A stretch of 63,944 bases of DNA, counting the filler, from Olpidium bornovanus S191 (taxonomy: Eukaryota; Fungi; Olpidiomycota): NCBI GenBank assembly GCA_017911155.1. It is 22 parts of 22 records of this genome, joined end to end, with 100 filler letters (N's around TTAATTAATTAA, not from the genome) between each part and the next. Parts side by side here need not be neighbours in the genome. Positions count along the whole stretch, not along the records: positions 49,632 to 52,657 come from JAEFCI010006651.1; positions 52,758 to 56,820 come from JAEFCI010002431.1; positions 56,921 to 58,752 come from JAEFCI010009373.1; positions 58,853 to 62,559 come from JAEFCI010004024.1; positions 62,660 to 63,944 come from JAEFCI010004587.1; 17 more parts are not named here. One strand, written 5' to 3'. The position numbers were made by a program, and so were the translations under genes. The notes under the pieces are model-generated. The model was not told the origin of the DNA. It ran no database searches and saw only the letters and a list, made by a program, of their open reading frames with translations. Below, piece by piece: positions 52,037 through 63,944 of this stretch (position 1 is the first letter of the stretch; every line of letters begins with the position of its first letter).

Positions 52037-52757
52037 GCTTTATTATAAGCGCCAGCGGCGGTGAGGCCGCTCGGCGCCCGCTATATTGGACAATCTGAGG
52101 CAAAGGGCGGGAGGCCCCTCGCGGACGTGTATCTCGACCTATTTCGCTGGGCCGAAGGTTCCGCCGGCGTGGGCGAAGGCGGGGTAGCTGAGACGGAGGA
52201 GGGCAGGATGTCTGGAGCAGAGGAAGGAGTGAACCAGGCACCCTGTTACCCTGGGTGGTCAGGGTGCTGGGGAGATCGGGGTTTTGGGAGGCGTCAGGTG
52301 CCTTGTAACCTGTGAGCAATGCGGTTTGGGTGGCCTGTTCTGTGGGTGCAGGGTTCCATTTAGAGGAGGGGGCGCTATTATCCGGAGGTTTGTACCGCGG
52401 CCGCTTCCGCGGGCCCCACAGGCCCGCCCGGCTCTGCCGGGGGAAGTGTCCGTCTGCTGCCGTTCGCCGGCCACCCGTCTTGTCGGCGTTGTCGGTCTTG
52501 GCGATCTCGGCGTGCACAAGGTACACCCTGTTGGATTTTCCTCCTGCGATACCACTCTCCCGGAAGGCCGGAAAGCACCCGGCAGTGTGAACTCCGGAGG
52601 CAGAAGCGGGCATTGCGGACTGTGAATGGCGAACTTCAACTCTCGCCGCTTGGCATGNNNNNNNNNNNNNNNNNNNNNNNNNNNNNNNNNNNNNNNNNNN
52701 NTTAATTAATTAANNNNNNNNNNNNNNNNNNNNNNNNNNNNNNNNNNNNNNNNNNNN

Positions 52758-54700
52758 CATGTCCGCTTTGCCTAGGAACCCTATCTCCGAATTGGCACTG
52801 GAATCCGTCTCCATAGGCACGCACAACATTTGGAGCCGTCAAATAGTTCAAGAGTTGGGGGACCTCGTGCTTGCGCGCTGGCGAAACTGTGATGTTCAGG
52901 ATCCTGCCCGTTCTGTGATGCGCCTCCTGCGAAGACAGGCGTGGGTGATCAATTGCCCAGATCGGCACACTGTATGACGGGCAAAAGGGGCGTGCCGGCG
53001 GAAGGCCAGCGCGAGGGAAGCGGCTGGCTAACCTCAAATGTCGTGTCACCAATATTCTTGCGGACGCAGTCTTCAATGACTTTAACGTCCAACAGATATC
53101 CTGCGTCCGAGAAACAACTTCACGTAAGAACGAACACGAAATATCCTGGGGTGGGGGGTGGGGGGAGGGGGGGTCCAACGTTAACCCACACGAAAATCGT
53201 TACCTTGCCGGAGCAGACGCGTCAGCTTTCTCCGCAGGTTACCACTCGACGACTTGTTCTCGAAGGCCGAGATGTCAATGCCTCCATGGCTAAAAACAGT
53301 CTTCGCGTTTCCGCCCGGCAGACCCACGAGTAGAGAAGCGCTGGACGTCAGCGAGGCAATCACCGGAAAGCGAAACGCACAGTTCCCTTTTTGCTCACGG
53401 GGAGCTCGCTGTCGGTGTGGGTGCAGACAAGCGCGGCTATCAAAGCCCCGATCGCGGAGCCGCACATGATCGTCGGGAGCAGGCCGTTTTCGAACAGAGA
53501 TTTGCAAACGCCTAAATGCGACAGGCCTGCGGTAATGTTCGTCGTCAGAACTCAAAAGGCTCGGGTTCAAGTTTCGGGTTCCGGGCACCGAACGCGGTGT
53601 CCTAAAGCCTGGCCCAGCATGGGCCACAAGCAACAGAGCTGGTCGTACACACCAAACGTCGCTCCGCCCTGGAGAACCAGCGCGCTGCGGCCAAACCCTC
53701 TTCGCGTGTCCTCGAAGAATTTGCGTTTGTTGGTCATTAAGCCGTCGTCAAAGTCGCGCTTGGCCAAGTCCCACAGCAGCTTGACCATGTTCTCGTTGTA
53801 TTCCTCGACCAGCTTCTTCGTTCCAATGTAGCAGCGCTTGAATAACCGGACGTCAGTGCACCCGCCTAAGTTCCTGGAAAGTCCTAGGTTGATCTCGGGA
53901 GCCGTCAGCAACGCGCAACACAAATGTGACTCAATTCAGAATTCGCCCGGCCGGCCGAAAGAAGGGAGGTGGAGAGCCGAACCTGATCGTATGAACGAAA
54001 CTTGGCTCGGCAGATCCGCCTGACCCGAGCGGATGTACCGCAACCGGTAAACGATCAACTTGTAGTCATAATGCGGAGATGACGGATCGTTCTTCCACGA
54101 CTCATTTCCTAGAAGTGTTAGCGATTGGAGATTAAGACGGCGCGTTAAAAGCGCGGAAGTCGCCATCGCTCTGACAGCCCAAGCTGTGCCCCACTGCGGG
54201 TTGCGAACCGAAAGCAGCGAACGAACCTGTAAGCCTGGGGAACCGGGAACGCGGGGGACGCGTCACTAATACCACTGAGAGCGTTTTAACTAGCAAGCCG
54301 CCGACGCGATGGGAAGCAACCGAATCCTTTCCTCCAAGACCTACAAGTCCAGCTCCCGCGCCTTTTCTTTCCAATCCTCGCATCGTTTCGCGTCCCGGAG
54401 CTCTAGCAGGAGCCGCCGCTCGTTTACGTCTTTCGCGTTCGGAAACAACCGTTCCTGCAAGTTCTGCGAGAAACGGAGCCGGCGCGCCGCGCCACAGCCG
54501 CGTGAGAAGCCGAGGCCAGGGACCAATCGTTCCACGCGGCCGCCCAGCACCGGCGCGAAACATATTCACAGCAACTCACGGAAAGCACAGTTCCCCACAC
54601 GTGCGCCGTGAACGCTGTAAGCCAGGCCCATACAGCGATGCTGGCAATAATGGGTTTCTGCGGGGAAAAGGAACGGCGGTCAGAAAAAAATCTCAGAAGG
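52758..54700 (-). CDS. TGL3: Tgl3/Tgl4-family patatin-like protein (DUF3336 + patatin), spliced, 3'-truncated
   Basis: [75 protein letters not shown]|[35 protein letters not shown]|[27 protein letters not shown]. Confidence 0.88.
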
Positions 54701-55119
54701 AAACATAGCGATTGCGGCAGGGGCAAAAGGTGACCTCCAACATCTTATCCCTGGTTGGCGAAAAGGGAACGGGGGAGACCACCCGCCCGTGGTCGGTTTC
54801 CGTCAAGAAAGTTGGCTCAGTATTCCGGGCAAAGAGGTCTCCACAGAGCGCTAGGGAAGCGTTCCGGCGGCGGCGAGGTAGTCACAGGGTGCGCATCCGG
54901 CGGGGTCGCGAGGCCGCTTCGGGTGCGACGAAAGGCCAGGAGGTCGGCGCTCCGGGGAGGCGAGGCGGACGGGATTTTGTCGAAAGGCCGAGAGGGCGGA
55001 GGGAGACTTGCAAAACCTGGTAACGGCACGGCGAGGTTTGGTCCGCAGCCGACGTTGCGCAGCTCTTTCTTTGGACGGGAGGCGCAGCTCCGGTGGAAAG
55101 GGTTTCCACCCGTCGCGGG

Positions 55120-55153
<34 letters not shown>

Positions 55154-55353
55154 CCCCCCCCCCCCCCCCCCCCCTCCCCCCCCCCCCCCCCCCAACCCCA
55201 CCCCCGTTTGTACTAAGAATCATCGTCGCTGAGACGTCGTCGACGTCTGATGCTGATACAACTTCTCAAACCCAACTAAACATCATCCACCAAATGTCCC
55301 CCCCGCCGCGGCCCTCACACCTCGTCCTTATTTTGTAGTTGGAGCGAATTAAC

Positions 55354-56732
55354 TCAAATTATGCTGGCCCCTGAGGAGATTCCCGTGCCGTGCAGCGTTT
55401 TGCGCAACCTTCCAGGGGGGCCGCGGCAGATTGCGCTGTCGACAATCTGGCCCATTACCGGCAGCCGGCTGAAAACGCTGCCAAATACGTCGACAACAGC
55501 GTTGGATGTCCACGCGTTGACCAAGTTTACGTTTTGCCCCGCCTGCTTTCCGGCGATTCTGCGTTCCACCTTGCTCGCCGAGCAAGTCTCACCGGCATAC
55601 CGTGCATCACAGAAGCTCACAATCGCCGACCCCGTGGCCACCGACAAAGCGCATTGCTTTTCTTTGACTGCATTCCAAAGACCGACGCACATCGTGATGG
55701 GGGTGAGGGGGAGGGAGGGAGAGGTGGGGTCAGAGCGTGGAAGAAGCAAGTAGGAATTCGTTGGACATCGCGAGATGAGGGGAGGGGGGGCTCTGGGCTC
55801 TGAGCAGTCTGTAAACAGAACGTAGCGACAGGTTCAGGAAATGGTGAGAATGCTTTTCTCTCGGCTCTTAGAAGAACTGATCGGGCTGGTTCGACCGGCG
55901 GGCCAGTCGCTCGGCGCCCCTTTTCTTTGGGCAGGAAAACGGTCCCCCGTGATTCACGGGATTCAGCACTTGATGATTCCGCAGGCACGTTCAACGAATG
56001 GAGGATGTGCACCGACCTCAAAGAACCCCACGACGTCGTCCCGACTGACGGCTTTTCCAGTGCGTGCAAAAGTGGAAAGGAAGCCCATGATCTCGTCCCT
56101 GATCGGGTGATCTTGCATTATTAGAAAAAAGAAAAAGAAACCAACTAGCTCATAACCTGCCCGCGCGCGGCAGAGCCGCGAACATCGCAAACATACCTCA
56201 TTTGGCGGTAGGCTAACGCCCCGTCAATTTGGGTGGAATGGGGGAGTGCGTTCAACGCTCTCATTCCGAGATCAAAAGCTGAATCGTCTTTGCGCGCCGT
56301 GTATGAGTTCATGCCCCGGGGACCTGGTCAGCAGTAGCCGGAAAGAATCGACTCCGACGCTTCGGCTGCGAATCTCCTACCTTCGTCATCGTCTTCCGGC
56401 TCGTACTCATCTTCTTCGTCAAGCAAAAGGCGAAGCGAACTGCCAAAGCGTGCGATGCACTGCATGCGACAGCGACGACATACCGAAGCAAAGATGTCCA
56501 GGAACAAACCGGTTGGAAACACCCCATCTGTTCAATGGCGACTGATATAATAAATTAGACGTACAGTTTGGCATTGACATAGTTCCTGACGCCAACCTGT
56601 CCTGCAGAAAAGGTCAACGCTTGTTCCGGCGTCTACATCCGGGAGGCCTACAGGTCGAGGTTGGCAATAACGCGCTGATAAGGCTTCTCTTGCGATAGAC
56701 ATGTCCGCAAACAGGGGGAAATGAGCAGCCAT
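55354..56732 (-). CDS. Putative multi-exon uncharacterised gene
   Basis: Protein-like AG/GT-bounded segments: RLLLDEEDEYEPEDDDEGRRFAAEASESILSGY, DHPIRDEIMGFLSTFARTGKAVSRDDVVGFFEVG, NVNLVNAWTSNAVVDVFGSVFSRLP. No family recognised. Confidence 0.35.
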
Positions 56733-57068
56733 AGCAGAACGGTCGGGCGGTTAAATACTTTTCCAGCGGCATTTCGCCGTCTCCTCCGGACTTTCCGGCT
56801 TTTGCGTCCGCTTCGTTGCCNNNNNNNNNNNNNNNNNNNNNNNNNNNNNNNNNNNNNNNNNNNNTTAATTAATTAANNNNNNNNNNNNNNNNNNNNNNNN
56901 NNNNNNNNNNNNNNNNNNNNCATGGAAGATAAAAAGATATTGCACCTGCATTCCACACTTTGAGACGCTTCTGCGGGGTTATCTACCACTTGACGCGCAA
57001 CAAATTACGAAAACCAGCCGGAGGCTGCAACTGTCCGCATTTCAAACACGTTGGCTAAGCATTTCTCT

Positions 57069-57656
57069 GAATCTGTGAATCTCAGGGATCTGAATCTGCA
57101 AATCCGAATCTGCGGATCCCGCACATTCCGACCTGAGCCGGCGGCAGCGGCACAGCCGGGAGACGATCGCGCACGTAGGCCCGACGGGGCGCCGATGTCA
57201 CACGAGGGTTGCCCGGCGGCGGACGACGGCCGCAAGGCAGGAGCGAGAATGCGGCAGCGGAATGACGTGCGGCACGAACGTGCACGACAGTGGCCGTGGC
57301 ACGGCCCTGGCAGAAGCACGGTGGCGGTGACTCCACGACAGCGGCACCCTTTCGGCACACTTCTAGATCCTCTCTGGGTATTGTTTGATTTTCCGTTGTC
57401 CAAAAAAAAGATAAAGCGTCAGCGGTCGTCCAAAGAACCGCGAGTCTGCGAGTCCGGAAAACATGCAAGTCCCTGAATCCCGCGAATCTGCAAATCTTGT
57501 TAGTCTGCGTATCCGGGGAATCTGCGATCCCCCGAATCCCGTGAACCGGGGATCGGCGGAATCCCAAAAGCATGTGAAACTGTGAATCCCGCGAATCCGC
57601 AAATCCTGTGGATTTACAAATCCCGGCTCAGGCCCAGCCTCCGGCTCCACGAATCT
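57069..57656 (+). repeat. Two same-orientation clusters of GAATC(C/T)-core short repeats
   Basis: 12 exact GAATC (4 in 57069-57111; 8 in 57475-57655) plus AAATC, GGATC and GAGTC variants. Confidence 0.85.
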
Positions 57657-58209
57657 CAATATGCATCTGCAGGTCCGCTTATTTTTTGCCTGACAGTTTT
57701 CGGCATATGGTCCGTCCACCAATTGCGTGTGATGAACGCAGCACGGCGAGGTGCTCGCGGCGAGGCTGGTGTGCGGGAGAACCGATCGGCTTTTTGACTT
57801 GCCCCTTTGCCTTTTTTTTTTCCCCCCTTCAACTCCCCTTTTTCCTTGTTCCCCGCATTCCTGCCCGCCGCAACCGCCGCCGTCACCACCACACAGACCA
57901 CCTGCCCAAATCCCACCATCGCCCTGCGTCACGCACCGGGTCGGCGGGAGGTCGGAGCGAGAGCTCTGCTTGTTCGCACGGGGCCAGGAGAGCGAGCGGC
58001 GAGGAAAAACGACGGGAGAGTTTGCGGCAGAGGCAGGGAGGAAGAGAGAGCTGGTGGCGGAGACGACGACAGGGAGGCAGGCTGAGAGAGGGAGGGAGAA
58101 GGGGGAGAGGAGGAGGGGAGAGAGAGTGAGAGAGCGATCGCCGATAGAGACAGTAAATCAAGATTTGAGACGGCAAAACTTGAACCTGAGTCAAACAAAA
58201 AGCGGGAGG

Positions 58210-58752
58210 TGGTGAGGCGCCCCAGGGAAGTCTTGTTCCTAATGTCCAAGTACGCCGTTAAGGGCGCCATCAGAGAGGTGTAAGCTGTCGCTGGAAGAGA
58301 GTTGGCCAAGCTTGAACCGTCCTCCCGTCGTGCGTTGGGCCTCTTCTTGGCTGGCTACCTGCCCGACGGTTCCACTCGTCCTCACTTGTATCTGACGTTG
58401 CGGACCTTGCGGTTTTGCAGGAAGAATTACACAAAGGGGTACACCGATCTCCAGGCCAAGGTCCGACAGGCCACTTCAAACGGTATGCCGGGCGATTTGG
58501 GGGCGTCGCCTTGGTGGAACCCTTTTCAACGAAGCTCCTTAGAGCTTTGTACGAGGAACTCAGCAGTTTGCCGCCGGCTCTCGATTACTCGATTCTAGAC
58601 CCATGGGGACCGTCGGGGACGATAATGTCCGAGATTGCCCAGGCGACCTACAATCAGCTGAGTGGGAGCGGGTGACCTCCGGGGCACTGAAACGTTCGTT
58701 ACCAGCGCCGGGAAGGTCGCAGCGGCTGACCGGTCGTTATCCCACAGCCATG
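58210..58752 (+). pseudogene. Decayed intronless reading frame, possibly TE-derived
   Basis: About 130 codons with a single internal TAA (...AIREV*AVAGRELAKLEPSSRRALGLFLAGY...), then a protein-like continuation in another frame (FSTKLLRALYEELSSLPPALDYSIL). Confidence 0.3.
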
Positions 58753-59873
58753 NNNNNNNNNNNNNNNNNNNNNNNNNNNNNNNNNNNNNNNNNNNNTTAA
58801 TTAATTAANNNNNNNNNNNNNNNNNNNNNNNNNNNNNNNNNNNNNNNNNNNNCATGACGTCATTGCGCAGTAGCTGCAAAGTTTGGCATCCAGCGGCCCG
58901 TGTTTGTGAACGTAACCTCAACACGCCAAGGCAAATTGACCAGTGGGCGCTGGAAGGACGGCGTCGAGTGCAACTGTTTGGCTGGAGGGTCCGTGGTCCC
59001 GTGAGGCCGAACGACGGTGCTCCGTGGCAGGGAGCCTACATCTGCAGTGCTCCGGACGCTCGGAGCAGCAATTACAATTCTCCAGAGCAATTCTTCAGTA
59101 CATTATTCTCCCAAACCCGGCGTGCAGCACAGCACAGCGCATACGCTGACGCTGACGCTTCCGGGCTGGCGCTCTGCGTACCTACGTCCCTGCCTTCCCT
59201 CCACAATCAACAGCCGCCCGCCTTCCTGAACCCGAGAATGAGTTGGCGCTGGATGCACAGACGTTTCCCGGCGCTCTTCGTCAATAATTCCAAGCTCTGC
59301 TAGCCACAGCATTACTCCACAGTACAAGATCGCAAACTACGCTGTTGCTATGGCCCGCCCCTCGACGACTACAACGTGGACCCGGCCCTGCTTTGCTGCC
59401 AATATGGAGATTGGGCCCGTCAAGATCACAGAGCGTCTGCGCCCTCTTGGTTGCAGGGTCAAAACCCGTTGGCCGTTCGGCGTCAGAAACCATCGCCGTC
59501 TCGCCCGCGGAAGCGAAGGCGACGCGGATGCGCAGGGCAGTCCTGGCCGTGTCGTCGTCGTTTCCGGAGCCGAGAAGTAATCGCAAGACATGCCCTAACC
59601 CTAACCATAACTTCTTCCCTGATCCCAAACGGACAGCCCGTTTGCGCGGCGGGACGAAATCCGCAAACCGCAGACAGATCCTTCTTTTCGTATTCGCGTC
59701 TTGTCGGGCGGTCGGCAAAACGGGAAACCAAGGTTTTCCGCAGGAAACACCGTGCAAGTACAATCCGCAAGCCATACCGGTCAGCGCAGTTCGATCGGAT
59801 ACGGTTGCGGCTGGAACCTTCGTCGAAATTCCTCGTCGAATAAATCGAGGTCGCGTTGATCCCTTAGCACGCC

Positions 59874-59927
<54 letters not shown>

Positions 59928-59958
59928 AAAAAAAGCCAAAAACGGTTTAAAAAACCGA

Positions 59959-62216
59959 TCAGCAATCATCATCGACGTGGTTCGACCGTCGCCGAAGGCG
60001 GTGTCCAGGCGTCTTCTTTGGCAACCCCTCGGAGACAATCCCGCTCACTCCCGATATACCTGCCACCCCTCCCCCACCACCCGGAAAAAGAGAGCAAAGC
60101 GACCGGAGCGACGAAAGCGAAAACCTACTTTGGGAAGGTGGCCGACAAGCTTTGCGGCGTGCTCGCGTAGGAGCCTCTGCCGCTCCTGCTCGATGACGGC
60201 CCTCTTGTACTCCTCGATCTCGCGCTGCCGCTTCTCCCACTCCAGCGCGGCCAACCGCTCTTGGTCGGCGAAGCGTCGCCGCTCCTGCACCAGCTGGTCC
60301 ACCGCCCGCCTGTGCTCAAGCTGCTTCATCCTGCGCCGGTGGTCGTTCAGCTGCTCGAGCCGCTCGTCCTCCGCAAACTTGCGCATCATCTGTGGGTGAC
60401 GGCGGGCGTCGGGTGTTACCGTGGGGAAGACGCAAAACGTCCCTTTAGTTGACATCACGTTTGACGCGCCTTTTCCCTGAAGACCTCCTCTGCCTCTTGC
60501 TCCCGCCGTTGCCTCTCCCATTTCTCCTGCATTTGCGTCTGGTACGCGTTGATGAGCTCCAGCCTCTTCCGGATTCGCTCCTCCATCCGTTCGATGTCCT
60601 TCTGGCGCTCCGCCGCCTCGTGCTCTTCCATCTGAAGCTCCAAGCGGAGGTCTTCGTACTCGTTTCTTGCACGCTCCTGCTCTTCCATCCCTGCGGTGAG
60701 CTTCGGCAGTCGCGTATCGCAATTTAAATGTCAGTACGGCTCGCAAGAGACAAATAAATAGAGCTTCAACTGCTTTCGTCTCTGGTATCTCGTCCAATCG
60801 AAAGCTCAAGAACAGAACCAAGCGCTCAGACTCCACCTTTTCGTAAATCGCCGACCGCGCATTGTTTATGACATCCCGTTGCTCCCGAGCCTGCTCTTCC
60901 CGCTCCCGCCGCAAATTGGCGTACTCCTCTATTCGACGGTTCTCCTCCTCGGTCTTTGCCTTCTCAGCCTCCCTCCAGGTCCTGCGCCCCTCGATGAACT
61001 CTTCGATGAACCTCCTGGCCTCCAATTGCTTTTCCAGCCGCCGCGCAGCCTCCCTCTCGCTCTCCTCCTGGATTCGCCGGACTATCTCGTCGACGGCCGC
61101 CTTGTCGCGAAGGAACTGCTCGAGTTCCTCCTGTTGTCGCGCATCGCGGTACCTGTCCAGCTGCTCCTGGAGGTTTGCCTTGTACTGCAGCTGTTCCTCT
61201 AACCGTTCCTTTTCCCTATCCGACTCGGCACGGCGGGCCTCCTCGAGCTCTCTGGTCAGACGCCTAGCCAGCTCGAGCTCGTGTACCTGAAAAAAGGTGT
61301 GCTCTCTACGTCTTAGGAATGCCGCCGTTTTTCTTTTCTTTCTTGGCCGCAATGTTGTTGCGCGGAGCCGTCTTGTTAGAAACCCGTCCTGTAACCGCAC
61401 CTTCGACCGTTCGCGCTCCAGCAGCTTCTCCTGAATCTGGACGGACCGCTGCTTGTTCGTGTACGCGTCGTTTAATTTCTGCCCCAGCGCCCGGAGCTCG
61501 TGGCTGCTCTCGCATATGACCTGCCGAAGCCTCTCCTCTCTCTCCGCCGCTATCCGTGTCTCCTCTTCCCGTCTCGCGCGCTCCGCTTCGAGGAAAACGG
61601 CGTGGAGGTGCTGCTGTCGGCGACGTTCACGCTGGTCGCGCGGCCAGCGTTCGCCAGGCCCCGCTGGTTAGTGGCGAGGCGGCTCTCACTTTCCGCCGGT
61701 TTCGCCTCCCGGAAACGCAACGACCTGGTCCAACAAAAAGTCAAGGTTGCGCTGGAGGAGGAAGAAAGGGGACGGTGAAAAAAAAAAAAAGGATAACCGA
61801 AGGCCGCCCGGCCTCCGGAACGAGACAGTCAGAAAAGGCGCCGCGGACGAGCTCGAACATGTGTGCCCGCCGCCTGCAATTATCCCTTACCTCCCCTCCT
61901 CGAGCTCGAAACGCCGCCGCTCCTGCTCAGACCGGCTGCTGGCCTCCCTGGCTTTCCGCAGGCTCTCCGCCCGGGCGTCGCTCGCGATGGCGTTCTGAAA
62001 GGCGACGTCGTCGGCCAGCGCCCTGGCAATGTGTCGCTTTTCGAACTCCTTCCTTCTCGCGAGCTCCTCGCGGCAGTCCAGCAGGGCACGCCGTGCGGCT
62101 GACTTGCCTCGAGACGGATCGGGGCATGGAGAATGGAGAAATGGGTGTGCGCTGCAGATTAACATATTCTTTTTTCCGATTTCGCGAGCGGCATGGGCCG
62201 CACGCGTGCACACCAC
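59959..62216 (-). CDS. MNS1: MNS1 (meiosis-specific nuclear structural protein 1; axonemal, trichoplein-like coiled coil), spliced; ends approximate
   Basis: LRQVICESSHELRALGQKLNDAYTNKQRSVQIQEK, QFLRDKAAVDEIVRRIQEE, EYEDLRLELQMEE, MRKFAEDERLEQLNDHRRRMKQLEHRRAVDQLVQERR and QRLLREHAAKLVGHLPK match the recalled MNS1 C-terminus (KFAEDDRIELMN..RMKQLEHRRAVE..LLKEHA..LLGYLPK). Confidence 0.88.
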
Positions 62217-62469
62217 CAGCCTTCCGCTTTTCTTTTGTTCCCTTCTTCCGCCCGCGAAGGCGGTCGAGCGACGCGCGCACGGCGACCCACCATCCCTTCG
62301 CCGCGAGGGCCGCCTCGCGTGCGTGCGTGCGTGCGCGCGGGGAACTGGGGCCGCGGCCAGGGCAGTCCGCCGACGCGTTGAACGAGACGAGCGGGACGGT
62401 TCTTTTCGCCTCTTTGCCAGCCGCGCGCGCGGGGGCGGTGAGCGGGGCGGGGTGGTTGTGCTGGGCCAG

Positions 62470-62521
<52 letters not shown>

Positions 62522-62659
62522 CCCCCCCCCCCCCCCTGGGGGAAAAAAAAAAAAAAAAANNNNNNNNNNNNNNNNNNNNNNNNNNNNNNNNNNNNNNNNN
62601 NNNTTAATTAATTAANNNNNNNNNNNNNNNNNNNNNNNNNNNNNNNNNNNNNNNNNNNN

Positions 62660-63944
62660 CATGAAGTTGCCTTCGGAAAAAGTTTTTTGGAATTGGAAGC
62701 TCTGGTTGTTGACCAGCCTGGGCCTGATGAGGTCGGCGCTGACGGCTACCGCTGGAAAAAAAAAGAGCGATCGGCAAGACTCTGAGAACGCGAACACGGA
62801 AAGGACTCCGGAAAAAAGAACTGTTTTCAAACACAACCGGAGCGGCGCCTAGAAGCGGCGGTCCTTCGCACCTTGCGATTTCTCCTGGCCGCTGCTCATG
62901 TCGTAACCCAGCCCCTTCGGCACTTCCTCGGCGACGTCGCGATCCGGAGAGTTGGCGCGGCGCGACGAGGATTTTCGACTCTCCCGCGCCTTCGGTTTCG
63001 ACGAAGACGATTTCTTGGCGGCAGGCTTTTTGATGAAAACGTCCTTGCTGGAATCGTCGGCGGCGGCCTTGATCACCTCGACTTTCTGGCCGTGGTCGAG
63101 AAGCTTCTTCTTTTCATTTTTCCACCACTCGAGTGGTTTTACACGTGTCCGGCCGCTTCGGCGCGTCGGCACTGAGCGGCGAACCAGCACGGCGTCGGAG
63201 TGGGGGGGATTGTGAGGGAGTGTGAATTACAAAATCTCCAGATTGGGACAAAAACACCCTCCCGAGGCTGCCGGCAATCTTACCGGTGGCCTCGTCATCG
63301 TTCGAAGCGCCCGATACGGAGTTGGCCGGAACGCCTTGGTCGACTTCTTCGGGCCCGACTTCGGTGGTGCGGTTGCCTCCTCCGTTTCCGACCGTCTCCT
63401 CGTCCTGCACCGCCTTTTCCACTTCGACGTCCCCCGCCCTTTCCCCTTCGACGTCTGCCACCTCTTCCCCTTCGACATCTCCCGCCCCTTCCCGTTCGAC
63501 GTCTCCCGCCCCTTCCCCATCGAAGTCTTCCGCCCCTTCCAATTCGACCTCTCCTGCATCTTGTTCCTCTTCGACGTCTCCCGCCTGTTCTTCCCCCTCG
63601 ACCTCTCCCGGTTCTTCGCCTTCGACCTCTCCCGCCTCTTTCCGTTCGTCCTCTCCCGCCTCTTCCTCGCCGCATTCTCCGACGACTGACTCCTCCACTG
63701 TTTCCAACTCCGTTCCCTGAGCGCCCTCGCCCGCATCGGCACATTCCGTTACGCCGTGCTCGGCGGGACCTGTCTGACGAAAAGACTGTTCTTCGTCCGT
63801 CAATACCGTTTGGAACGCGAATGTCATGCGGGTCAGGTAAGTCGGCTGCTGCTGCGGTGGTGGTTGTTCTCTCCCTTTACTGGCGACCAAGGGGTGCCCG
63901 GTCCGACGCTGCTGCTTGCGCTTTCCCCGTTCCGCCACAGCGGC
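62660..63944 (-). CDS. MIF2: Inner kinetochore protein CENP-C/Mif2, internal part, truncated at both ends
   Basis: CENP-C motif RRSGRTRVKPLEWWKNEK (about 63112-63165), then an exon AVAVSADLIRPRLVNNQSFQFQKTFSEGNFM resembling the start of the Mif2/Cnp3 cupin. Long disordered acidic region upstream. Confidence 0.8.
63410..63635 (-). repeat. Coding 24/27-nt tandem repeat, 9 units (G[DE]VEGExA-like)
   Basis: The TCGAC/TCGAA core starts near 63423, 63447, 63471, 63495, 63519, 63543, 63570, 63597 and 63621. Confidence 0.88.

Overview
This window is not one continuous locus. It is 22 short contigs (about 1.3-6.2 kb) joined by 21 identical artificial 100-nt spacers (44 N + TTAATTAATTAA + 44 N), so gene order across spacers means nothing. 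The DNA is GC-rich, intron-rich and eukaryotic, with GT-AG introns, long homopolymer tracts and microsatellites. Recognisable, mostly truncated genes are MTR4, an IQ/coiled-coil protein, a DUF4050/Gag1-like clamp protein, an alpha-arrestin, a probable GON7, type III glutamine synthetase, PRP43, NUP192/205, an SRRM1-like PWI protein, mitochondrial AspRS, clathrin light chain, RMD1, NOP58, CFAP77, pyridoxal kinase, a LIV-1-type ZIP transporter, a TGL3-like patatin, MNS1 and CENP-C/MIF2. There is also a decayed Ty3/gypsy element and several repeat arrays. Fungal-type genes together with axonemal microtubule-inner proteins (MNS1, CFAP77) point to a zoosporic (flagellated) fungus; an Olpidium-like source is a guess only. 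All identifications are from motif recognition by eye, without database searches. I found no clearly new multi-gene system. The best leads are a nuclear GSIII, CATG at 23 of 42 contig ends, a patatin lacking its catalytic Ser, a ZIP transporter with relocated His-rich loops, a GAATC repeat array and a candidate GC-AG intron.
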